This document shows positions 36,692 to 48,467 of a DNA stretch of 64,000 nt, in pieces (the stretch's first letter is position 1; each line of letters opens with the position of its first letter). Source of the DNA: Macrostomum lignano (Eukaryota). The stretch is from positions 82,878 to 146,877 of the forward strand of contig NIVC01002720.1 of NCBI GenBank assembly GCA_002269645.1, given 5' to 3'. Below the pieces are notes generated by a model. It saw only the letters and a list, made by a program, of their open reading frames with translations, was not told the DNA's origin and ran no database searches. A program made the position numbers and the translations under genes.

Positions 36692-38059
36692 CATCAATAG
36701 ATTCACCACGAATTTCTGCTACTAGTAGGTATGGTCTAGAAACCATATAAATTGATTATTTAAACTTTTTAGCCAGTTTAATTAGTGTATTTAAAATTGT
36801 GCAAAAATGTGCATTTAATTTCAATGATAACAGTTTACTAAACTTATTGTTCTTTGTCTACGTTCTAAACGTCTTACCGGCAAGCTATATATTTATTTAG
36901 TATTCTCTAACCTAGGAATCTAGTCTAATAAATAAATTGTTTAAACATGACGATTTTTCAAATCCATGCAAAAAAATAAAATTGCCCGACTCTCTCGCTC
37001 GCGCTATATTATACGGCCTAATTATATTATTTTATTATACTATAGGCCCTAGCCCCAGGGCCTATTTGTTGTCTTATTTAAGTACAATGCCTTATGAAAG
37101 TTTAAAGTACTATCCAACAGATGATAGGCCCTAAATTTGCTGCGAAGGGAACCCCTTTAATTCATTTTAGAAATTCTAAAAAACATTGTTTACAGTTGAA
37201 GCATTTTTTTCTATTTGGATTTCATTTTGCAACTAAGTCTAGAATTTAAGCTTTAAGATAGACATAAAACAGAGTATATACTATAGACACATTAGGATGA
37301 AAATAGATTGATAATCACTAGGACTGGGGCCTAGTGGATAACTTTGATAACTTGATAGATTACTGTTTAGGCCTATTCTTTATTATAGGGCCTATGACTT
37401 TCTGTACCTATATCATCTGTGATAGGCCTAACTATTAGAAAATTAGAAAAAGAATAAATTTTTCATACATTTCTATGGCTTTTTCCTAAATACAAATGGT
37501 TTAAAACCAAGATTGCCATATACCAAGATGGCTAGGCCTACAACAATATTGAATCTTTATTTTATCTATCTTTCTCTAGTAGGGGGGGGGGGGCTATTAA
37601 TTAGCAACTTAATAACTTGCCATATTAATTATTATATTTAATCAATCATATTCATAAACATTAATACAATAATAATAGGTTTGAAACTAATTACCTATAA
37701 TATAAACACCTTAACAGTAGAACTACCAAGAGGGAGGGAAAAATTTCCCCCCCCCCTGACAATTTTTTTTGCTGCGCCGGAACGGAGCAACGCAGGCACA
37801 CGAAATTCAAGAACACGGGCTAACTTCTTGTTGCGCACCTTCTCAAACAAGAATCAAGTCGCCAACCCTCCGGACCGTCGAGATATTCGACGATTCTGCC
37901 AGAAAGTCGGATTTTTCCCATAAGCGCTAGTGTATTCAGTACACCCCTGTGCGCCAATTAGCACTGCGCCTCAGTGCAGCCTTGCCAAGTCTCCAAATTT
38001 CATCAGCACGTCGACCAAATGTGTCTGCATCAGCTCTGACTTCGTTGGTTACTGGCCTT

Positions 38060-41000
38060 TGTAGTGTAGTTCAGTGCGATGTACGAGCGTACAATATTGG
38101 CGCGCAAATATTATTAGTCACGTGTTGCAATGTATTACGTAAGACTCACGCGCACTTACTCTTCACATATATAAATATACTTGCAGGGCAAGTCGGCCCA
38201 TTTCTAAGATTCTTCGTGCACTCGCAAACCCTCCGATTTTGTCTGAGTCACTACATGGCGTCGCGAGCAAACTATTGACTGATCATCACTCTCTAACCCA
38301 GCGCGGTTCCAGCCACACAAACATGGCCCAAGCTTTGCAACTCACTGCACCAGATGCATTTGATATCGATAGCGATCCACTCACACGAGCCCAGAGATGG
38401 AAGACTTGGGCACGGAGGTTCAATAGCTACATTCGCGCTGCTGGCATCACAGATGCGACACAACAGCTGGAGTTGCTGGTCTACACAGCGGGAGAGAAGT
38501 TGGAAGACTTTATGGAAGACAACAGTGTTCAAAAAGGAAAATCTACAAACGAGCTCATCCAAAAGCTACAAGAGATCTTCGACCAGAAAAACAGCGTCGT
38601 CTTCCTCCGGTACCAATTCGAGACCTGCAGACAGGGGGAGGGGGAGTCCATCGATGCGTGGTACCATCGGCTGCGCAAGGCCGCGGATCAATGCGAATTC
38701 GGAGAACTACGGGACTCTCTCATCAGGGACAAGGTGGTCGCCCACTACCGATCGGAGAAGATCAGAAGGGAGCTCCTTCAGCTGAATGATATCTGTCTAG
38801 CTGACGTACTGAAGCGAATCCGAACAAGGGAAGCTGCGGAGCAACAGGCTCAGGCCATGGAAGAAAACAGCTCAGGTGGCGCCGCCGCCATGACGACCGC
38901 GAACGTGGCTGCGCTAGGCCCACCCCGAGCACGACCGTCGCAGCCATTCAGAAGGGATCCTGCAATGAAGGACGGTGGCATCAGCTGCGAGCGCTGCGGA
39001 CGGCCGGGTCATCGAACGTGCGAGGCTGCTAGAGACAAGGCATGTCGACGCTGCGGTAAGATTGGCCATTTCGCCCGGGCATGTCGGGGAACGTCCAGAA
39101 TACCCGTGAGAGCTGTCAACGAACCGGACGATCACTCCTACGGGCAAGTCGAATATCTGCAGGACAAATCCACTGAGCACGAGCTTTTCAGCCTCCGAAA
39201 TAGCGGATCAGCATGGACTCAAGCCACCGTCAACGGATTCAAGACAACCCTGCTTATCGACAGTGGAGCGGCCTGCAACATCATCGACAGGGAGGCCTTC
39301 GAAAGGATGCCACAGAAGGCCAGGCTCCAAGCAGCCAGTGATCGGGTCTATCCCTATGGAAGCCAACAGCCACTGAAGCTGCTCGGCAAGACCGACCTAC
39401 AGGTCAGCGTTTTCGGTTGCCAGGAGACGCTTCCGTTCCTGGTGCTGGACGGAAAGGGTGCTTGCATAATAGGCCGCAGGAGCGCGGAAGACCTAGGAGT
39501 TCTGCGAGTCGGCCCGGAAGACAAGGCAGCGTGTGAGCTACGCTCGGAGTGTCCGACTGACAGGCTGCTAGCCGGCGTTCCAAAAGACCTTCGGCAGTCC
39601 CCAGGTGCTCCATCTTTAGACGAAATCCTCAAGGAAAATGCACAGGCCTTCGACGGAATCGGCTGTCTTAAGAACTACGCAGCCCGCATCTTCCTGGAAG
39701 AGGGCGCAAGACCAGTGTGCCATCCACCATCAAGAGTGCCAATTCACCTCGCTCCAGCAGTGGACGCCGAGCTCCAGTACCTAGAAGAACAAGGCATCAT
39801 TGAGCCAGTGGAGGGACCCTGCCCGTGGGTTTCTCGTATCGTCGTCGTCCCCAAAGAAGCTCCTGGCGAGATCAGGATCACTCAGGATCTGAGGGAGCTA
39901 AACAAGTCTGTCGTCAGGGAGCGACACCCAATACCGACCTTTGAGGAGGTAACAGTCGACATGGCAGGAGCGACGCTGTTCTCAGAGTTGGACGTCGCAA
40001 AAGCATTCTATCAAATCCCTGTGTCAGAGGAGTGCCGGCATCTTCTAACTTTTTCAACGCCTCGAGGTCTTCGGCGGCTGACGAGACTCTGCATGGGGCT
40101 ATCAACGGCGCAGGAAATTCTTCAAGGTGTTATGTCATCCGTGCTGGCTGGACTTTCAAAAGTAAAATGGATCCACGATGACATTATTGTCTATGGCCAC
40201 AGCGTGGCGGAGCATCACAACAATCTGCGGGAGTGCCTCCAGCGGCTGGCGCAGCACGGACTGACGCTCAACCCGGCCAAGTGCAAGCTGGCACGAACGC
40301 AAGTCACCTTCATGGGGATGCGATTGTCGAAGGACGGAGTCAGGCCAACCGAGTCAAAGCTAGAGGCAGTTAATGCATTTGCAGAGCCAACGAATGTCAC
40401 GGAGGTGCGCTCGTTCTTGGGACTTGTCAACTACCTGGCCGCATTCACCCCGAGGCTGGCGGACCTGGCAAAGCCGCTGCGCAACCTGACAAGGAAGGGC
40501 CAGCCCTGGGCATGGGCCGATCTGGAAAGACAAGCCTTCAGCGACATCAAGTCTCAAATCGCGTCAAGTGGCTCTCTTGCCTTTTTCAACCATCGCCTTC
40601 CGACGCAACTCATTGTCGACGCTGGGCCAGCGGGGCTGGGTGCAATCCTGTCACAGACACAATCGGACGGAACCAGGCGGCCCATTGCATACGCTAGCCG
40701 GACACTGTCGAACGTTGAGCAACGCTATTCCCAAACAGAGAAAGAGGCGTTGGCCGTGAAGTTCGGCTGTTTAAAGTTTCAATTCTACCTCCACGGCGCG
40801 CCGATGTTCACGGTGCAAACCGACCACAAGCCACTGGTTGCTCTGTTCGGCAGCAGTTCGAGACCCCCTCCGAGAATCGAAAGGATGGCATTGCGCATTC
40901 AGCATATGAAATTCACAGTCGAGTACCAGCCGGGCCCGCTCAACCCGGCAGACGTGCTCAGCCGACAGCCACTGCCGACACCCGCACCGAATGTGGGCGA

Positions 41001-42704
41001 AGAGCTGGATGCACTTTCCATCGCCGCTGTTGTACAGGCGGCCGTACCAAATGCGCTGTCACTGACCAGCGTACAGAACAGCTCGCAAAAGGACGCAACA
41101 ATTCAAGCGACGATTCGCGCCTTAGAGACAGGGCGGTGGAGCCTGGAGTCAGCAGAACTGCGGTCGCTGCATGCGCTGCGTCACGAACTGTCGGCAGTGG
41201 ACGGGGTGCTCCTACGGGGCCAGCGGATCATCGTCCCGGTGGCGCTCCGACGGCTTGTACTGGATCTAGCGCACCGGGGGCACCAGTGCACACGTAAGAC
41301 GCTGGACCGGCTGAACATCAAGGTCTGGTGGCCAAGGATGCAACTGGAGACGGAGCGCTTCATAGCCACGTGCCGGGCCTGCCTGGCGACCTCGCATGCC
41401 GCTGACGTGACTGCATCACCGCTAAAGCCGACGCCCATCCCGAAGGCGGCCTGGCTGACGCTCGGGCGGATCTGCTAGGACCCATTCAAGGCAGCATGCT
41501 GCTAGTCTGCGTCGATCAATACTCCCGATTCCCCGAGGTGGAGGTTGTCCAGACCACGACGGCTGAGGCGCTAATCCCTCGACTGAGGAGTTCATTCGTC
41601 CGGTTTGGAATCCCTCAAACGTTAGTTACTGACAACGGCCCACCGTTCTCTTCAGCCCAGTTCAAGAGCTTCCTGGACAGCTACGGAATTCGGCAGCGCC
41701 TCATCACACCGTTACATCCACAGGCCAACGGCGCCACCGAGCGTTTGAATCGTTCCATCAACAAGGTGGTGCGCGCTGCGATCGCACAGAAGCGCGACTG
41801 GAGAGCGGCCCTTGACGAGTGGCTGCTGGCCTATCGGTGCACGCCTCAGCGAACAACTGGACGGGCGCCTGCCGAGCTCCTCATGGGTCGCGTGCTGAAC
41901 GACTCCATCCCGTCGGTCAGACCGTCGAGACCGGTGGCCATCGCAGACCGGCAGCTTCGGCAGCGCGACGCACTTCGAAAGGCGCAAGGCAAGCTCTACA
42001 CAGACCGGAAGCGACTGGCGAGACCGCACAAGCTCAAGGTTGGCGACACAGTGCTGCGGCGGCGACTGAATCCGCTCAAGGGAGACACGCCGTTCGAGTG
42101 GGACCCCTGGCTCATCGAGGAGATCAAGGCGGACTCGGCGACGATACGACAGGGTGCCAGAGTTTGCAGGCGGCACTGCACCGACCTAAAGCGAGTGGCA
42201 CCGGAGTCCGAGCCTGACAATCTGGGCGAGCTGGCAGCGATGCCGCAACCGGAAGTGAATGCGCCTCCGCCGCAGCCAGCCGCAGGCGAGCGAGCGGCCT
42301 CGCCCATTGCGTTGCGGCCACATCCCCGGGCGGCGAAGGTGAACGTGAACTACAAGGCTTGAAAAAGGTTTTTGTTAAACGGTAGCATCTGATTTTTTGT
42401 ATTTTTTGCTGGACTTTTGCTAAAATTGTAACAGAATGAAATTTAACAAAAACAGATTTTTTAAACCCAACTTTAAAAGTTTGCTTTTAAGCCGTATTTG
42501 AGGAGAGATGTAGTGTAGTTCAGTGCGATGTACAAGCGTACAATATTGGCGCGCAAATATTATTAGTCACGTGTTGCAATGTATTACGTAAGACTCACGC
42601 GCACTTACTCTTCACATATATAAATATACTTGCAGGGCAAGTCGGCCCATTTCTAAGATTCTTCGTGCACTCGCAAACCCTCCGATTTTGTCTGAGTCAC
42701 TACA
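38060..42704 (+). mobile_element. Full-length Ty3/Gypsy LTR retrotransposon (possibly Mag-like)
   Basis: 196-bp LTRs TG…CA (38060-38255, 42509-42704) with one difference seen; 5-bp TSD GCCTT; PBS-like TGGCGTCGCG at 38256; PPT GAGGAGAGA at 42500-42508. Confidence 0.97.
38323..42362 (+). CDS. Gag-Pol polyprotein (gag with two CCHC-type knuckles, protease, RT, RNase H, integrase) with one frameshift near 41465
   Basis: CRRCGKIGHFARAC, LIDSGA, WIHDDIIV, IVDAG…EKEALAVKFG, HRGHQ…C..C, VTDNGPPF, NGATERLNR. The order PR-RT-RH-INT defines Ty3/Gypsy. One extra G at ctcggg|cgg would fuse ORFs 38239-41478 and 41496-42362. Confidence 0.93.
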
Positions 42705-42709
42705 GCCTT

Positions 42710-45330
42710 CACCGAGACGGAGCTTCTAGACCTTCAACAGGTGGCACCAGGTGACTATGAACACCTTGATGCGAATTTCTGGAGTTTCACCGATCAAGCT
42801 TCGACAGTAGGCAAGCTTCAACTGCCGGACACCCTCAGCTAGTCTCCTGAGCATTCCGTCATCATCCCGACACCGTCGGCTCCTTCAACAGGTGGCATCA
42901 GGTGACTATGGACGTCCTTTTGCAACTATGTCAGGTCTTTCTTATCAAGCTTCAATAATGAGCAAACCTCAACCGACGGACATTGTCAGCTAGTCTCTCA
43001 AGCATTCCGTCATCATCCCGACGCCGTCGGCTCCTTCAACAGATGACACCAAGTGACTATGGACACCCTGATGCGAATTTCTCTAGTTTCGCCGATCAAG
43101 CCTCGACAGTAGGCAAGCCTCAACTGCTGGACACCTTCAGCTAGTCTCCTAAGCATTCCGTCATCATCCCGACGCCGTCGGCTCCTTCAACAGATGACAC
43201 CAAGTGACTATGGACACCCTGATGCGAATTTCTCTAGTTTCGCCGATCAAGCCTCGACAGTAGGCAAGCCTCAACTGCTGGATACCTTCAGCTAGTCTCC
43301 TAAGCATTCCGTCATCATCCCGACGCCGTCGGCTCCTTCAACAGATGACACCAAGTGACTATGGACACCCTGATGCGAATTTCTCTAGTTTCGCCGATCA
43401 AGCCTCGACAGTAGGCAAGCCTCAACTGCTGGACACCTTCAGCTAGTCTCCTAAGCATTCCGTCATCATCCCGACGCCGTCGGCTCCTTCAACAGATGAC
43501 ACCAAGTGACTATGGACACCCTGATGCGAATTTCTCTAGTTTCGCCGATCAAGCCTCGACAGTAGGCAAGCCTCAACTGCTGGACACCTTCAGCTAGTCT
43601 CCTAAGCATTCCGTCATCATCCCGACGCCGTCGGCTCCTTCAACAGATGACACCAAGTGACTATGGACACCCTGATGCGAATTTCTCTAGTTTCGCCGAT
43701 CAAGCCTCGACAGTAGGCAAGCCTCAACTGCTGGACACCTTCAGCTAGTCTCCTAAGCATTCCGTCATCATCCCGACGCCGTCGGCTCCTTCAACAGATG
43801 ACACCAAGTGACTATGGACACCCTGATGCGAATTTCTCTAGTTTCGCCGATCAAGCCTCGACAGTAGGCAAGCCTCAACTGCTGGACACCTTCAGCTAGT
43901 CTCCTAAGCATTCCGTCATCATCCCGACACCGTCGGCACCTTCAACAGGTGGCATCAGGTGACTATGGACGTCCTTTTGCAACTATGTCAGGTCTTTCTT
44001 ATCAAGCTTCAATAATGAGCAAACCTCAACCGACGGACATTGTCAGCTAGTCTCTCGAGCATTCCGTCATCATCCCGACGCCGTCAGCTCCTTCAACAGA
44101 TTACACCAGGGACTATGGACAGCCTGATAAGAATTTCTCTAGTTTCGTTGATCAAGCCTCGACAGTAGGCAAGCCTCAACTGCTGGACACCTTCAGCTAG
44201 TCTCCTAAGCATTCCGTCATCATCCCGACACCGTCGGCACCTTCAACAGATGACACCAAGTGACTATGGACACCCTGATGCGAATTTCTCTAGTTTCGCC
44301 GATCAAGCCTCGACAGTAGGCAAGCCTCAACTGCTGGACACCTTCAGCTAGTCTCCTAAGCATTCCGTCATCATCCCGACACCGTCGGCACCTTCAACAG
44401 GTGGCATCAGGTGACTATGGACGTCCTTTTGCAACTATGTCAGGTCTTTCTTATCAAGCTTCAATAATGAGCAAACCTCAACCGACGGACATTGTCAGCT
44501 AGTCTCTCGAGCATTCCGTCATCATCCCGACGCCGTCAGCTCCTTCAACAGATTACACCAGGGACTATGGACAGCCTGATAAGAATTTCTCTAGTTTCGT
44601 TGATCAAGCCTCGACAGTAGGCAAGCCTCAACTGCTGGACACCTTCAGCTAGTCTCCTAAGCATTCCGTCATCATCCCGACACCGTCGGCACCTTCAACA
44701 GGTGGCATCAGGTGACTATGGACGTCCTTTTGCAACTATGTCAGGTCTTTCTTATCAAGCTTCAATAATGAGCAAACCTCAACCGACGGACATTGTCAGC
44801 TAGTCTCTCGAGCATTCCGTCATCATCCCGACGCCGTCAGCTCCTTCAACAGATTACACCAGGGACTATGGACAGCCTGATAAGAATTTCTCTAGTTTCG
44901 CCGATCAAGCCTCGACAGTAGGCAAGCCTCAACTGCTGGACACCTTCAGCTAGTCTCCTAAGCATTCCGTCATCATCCCGACACCGTCGGCACCTTCAAC
45001 AGGTGGCATCAGGTGACTATGGACGTCCTTTTGCAACTATGTCAGGTCTTTCTTATCAAGCTTCAATAATGAGCAAACCTCAACCGACGGACATTGTCAG
45101 CTAGTCTCTCGAGCATTCCGTCATCATCCCGACGCCGTCAGCTCCTTCAACAGATTACACCAGGGACTATGGACAGCCTGATAAGAATTTCTCTAGTTTT
45201 GCCGATCAAGCCTCGATAGTGGGCAAAAATCAACTGCTGGACATCCTCAGCTAGTCAGTCAAGCATTTAGCCATCACCCCGACGCCGTCGGCACCTTCAA
45301 CAGGTGGCACCAGGGGAGTAAGGACACCTG
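42710..45330 (+). repeat. 151-bp satellite, left arm of the foldback (~17 units, A and B subtypes)
   Basis: Period 151 (43021, 43172, 43323); homogeneous run of A units followed by alternating A/B units. Confidence 0.95.
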
Positions 45331-45629
45331 AGCGTGATTTTTCATCATGCTCTTAACATTTCTGAAGCTCTCAAAATTTTTAAAGCGCAGACATTGCTAT
45401 AGTTAAGCTTGAACTCATGTTGCTGTATATTTATATTATTATTACACATACTTTTATGCATACGAGCTACATACATATTTTATTCGAAAAGCTGTTTACT
45501 TTATTCAACTATAATATTGAACCGAATTTTTATGCAGAAAGGGTTATGCTTATAAGAAGCCAGTAAATTAAATCCGTTTTTTCATTTTATAATGATTCAG
45601 AAATGTTAAGAGCATGATGAAAAATCACA

Positions 45630-46745
45630 CTCAGGTGTCCTTACTTCCCTGGTGCCACCTGTTGAAGGTGCCGACGGCGTCGGGGTGATGGCTGAATGCT
45701 TGACTGACTAGCTGAGGATGTCCAGCAGTTGATTTTTGCCCACTATCGAGGCTTGATCGGCAAAACTAGAGAAATTCTTATCAGGCTGTCCATAGTCCCT
45801 GGTGTAATCTGTTGAAGGAGCTGACGGCGTCGGGATGATGACGGAATGCTCGAGAGACTAGCTGACAATGTCCGTCGGTTGAGGTTTGCTCATTATTGAA
45901 GCTTGATAAGAAAGACCTGACATAGTTGCAAAAGGACGTCCATAGTCACCTGATGCCACCTGTTGAAGGTGCCGACGGTGTCGGGATGATGACGGAATGC
46001 TTAGGAGACTAGCTGAAGGTGTCCAGCAGTTGAGGCTTGCCTACTGTCGAGGCTTGATCGGCGAAACTAGAGAAATTCTTATCAGGCTGTCCATAGTCCC
46101 TGGTGTAATCTGTTGAAGGAGCTGACGGCGTCGGGATGATGACGGAATGCTCGAGAGACTAGCTGACAATGTCCGTCGGTTGAGGTTTGCTCATTATTGA
46201 AGCTTGATAAGAAAGACCTGACATAGTTGCAAAAGGACGTCCATAGTCACCTGATGCCACCTGTTGAAGGTGCCGACGGTGTCGGGATGATGACGGAATG
46301 CTTAGGAGACTAGCTGAAGGTGTCCAGCAGTTGAGGCTTGCCTACTGTCGAGGCTTGATCGGCGAAACTAGAGAAATTCGCATCAGGGTGTCCATAGTCA
46401 CTTGGTGTCATCTGTTGAAGGAGCCGACGGCGTCGGGATGATGACGGAATGCTTGAGAGACTAGCTGACAATGTCCGTCGGTTGAGGTTTGCTCATTATT
46501 GAAGCTTGATAAGAAAGACCTGACATAGTTGCAAAAGGACGTCCATAGTCACCTGATGCCACCTGTTGAAGGAGCCGACGGTGTCGGGATGATGACGGAA
46601 TGCTCAGGAGACTAGCTGAGGGTGTCCGGCAGTTGAGGCTTGCCTACTGTCGAGGCTTGATCGGTGAAACTCGAGAAATTCGCATCAAGGTGTTCATAGT
46701 CACCTGGTGCCACCTGTTGAAGGTCTAGAAGCTCCGTCTCGGTGA
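45630..46745 (-). repeat. 151-bp satellite, right arm of the foldback (~7 units, inverted)
   Basis: Reverse complement of the left-arm units, alternating A/B. Confidence 0.95.
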
Positions 46746-48199
46746 AGGCCAGTAACCAACGAAGTCAGAGCTGATGCAGACACATTTGGTCGACGTGCTG
46801 ATGAAATTTGGAGACTTGGCAAGGCTGCACTGAGGCGCAGTGCTAATTGGCGCACAGGGGTGTACTGAATATACTAGCGCTTATGGGAAAAATCCGACCT
46901 TCTGGCAGAATCGTCGAATATCTCGACGGTCCGGAGGGTTGGCGACTTGATTCTTGTTTGAGAAGGTGCGCAACAAGAAGTTAGCCCGTGTTCTTGAATT
47001 TCGTGTGCCTGCGTTGCTCCGTTCCGGCGCAGCAAAAAAAATTGTCAGGGGGGGGGGAATTTTCCCCCCCCCCTCTTGGTAGTTCGACGGGCGGAAAAAT
47101 GGCTTGGTATTCCTACTGTTAATAGGCCTACTTTTCAGCTTTTGTGCCAATTTATTCTCTATCGTTATATCTATCAAGTCTATCTTTATCAGTGTATCAA
47201 GAAGCTATTATTAGTGCCTAGCATAGGCAGTGGGAGTTTGTAGCACTGGGGTCACTTGCCCTCCCCCCCCCTAGAAAATGAGTCTATATGGTAATTTTTA
47301 GTGTTTTTTCTGATTTTAGGCCCTAATTAGTAGCTTATAAAGATACCTATGCCCTCACTTTCCCTGTGCCTAAGTGCCCCCCCCCTAAAATATTAGGCTT
47401 CGCCATCCCTAGTGCCTAGTGCTATGGTAATGATATACAAAAAAGTTAGGATAAATATGCAAAAGCCAAAAGGTATTTATTTTGTGCTAGGCTACCTGCT
47501 TTATTTAGTAGATAAATACTTATAGGTCAAGCTACAATAAAAACTAAAGCCAAAAAATGATTATAATATAATATAATTCTATTATAGCATTTATCTCCCT
47601 AATTATTCTCCTTAATTAATTCTACTACATATAGGAAATGAGTGAAATATGTAGACTTAGGCATTTTATTATTTATTTAGACATTTAAAGCTATGGCCAT
47701 CTTGGTGTATGGCCAATGGCCATCTTGGTCATGCGCCATACAAATAAGCCTAGACAAAACAATTTTTCTAATAGGCCCTCAAGAAAAAATTAAGGCATAG
47801 GTCTTATATCTTATTGAACTAGTTAGAGTTGTCTCAGAGTTGTCTTAAGATGTGTCTCAAGGTGGCCTGGTAGGTTTTTGAATCCCACTGCTGCTACCAA
47901 TGTTGTACCTGTGCTTCTTGTGCTGTCTAGCACAGTGATTTGGGCTCTCCGTCTTCTCAACTGGAAGCCTTCTATTAGCTCTTAGTAGTGTAGGTAGTGC
48001 TGCCACCAGTTCCTTCAGGTCTTGGCTTTTGATGAAGTGAGCTTCCCATCAGAAGGATATAACAAGGTCAACAAACAGCACAACATGCAGATTTGCAGCT
48101 CAACGTAAAAGACATCTTGTTAGCAGCACCTGCCGGGCTTGGTTGGTAGATGGGAAGGCCAAGTTAGCCTCTCAAAAGTTTGAGGTGGGGCTTTAGTAG

Positions 48200-48467
48200 C
48201 ATACATGCGGAACCCCCCCTCCCGATTTACATTAGCTATACAACTTACTTTTTGACCAAAAATGCAACTAAACTATAAGAAACCCTAACACAATTTTGGG
48301 TAAACAGCAGGAGTAACTATGACTGTCTTATAAAGGCTAAATGCCTCATCATCTAATTAGTACTATATCTGTATTCTTTAGGCTGGGCATTTTTGCGACT
48401 TATCCCTGGTCTACCACAATTTACGGTGGCCAGATTGGCCAGGTCGGCCAGCAGTTGTGCATGTATG
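48200..48467 (+). mobile_element. hAT-type MITE (CATACATG family) carrying a 28S rRNA-like core
   Basis: Ends CATACATGCGGAAC / GTTGTGCATGTATG; exact 8-bp TSD TTTAGTAG (48192-48199, 48468-48475); core at 48298-48361. Confidence 0.9.

Larger units (their letters stand above)
37715..47118. mobile_element. TTAA-flanked foldback-type non-autonomous DNA transposon (piggyBac-like) with satellite-built arms
   Basis: TTAA at 37711-37714 and 47119-47122; termini CAGTAG…CTACTG; ~345-bp near-identical TIRs (37715-38059 versus 46745-47118) continue into inverted 151-bp arrays around a ~230-bp AT-rich spacer (45367-45596); no transposase. Confidence 0.85.

Noticed and set aside
47214-47420. Possible MITE between two TAGTGCCTAG repeats
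   Set aside because: The ends are not convincingly inverted, so the boundaries cannot be supported.
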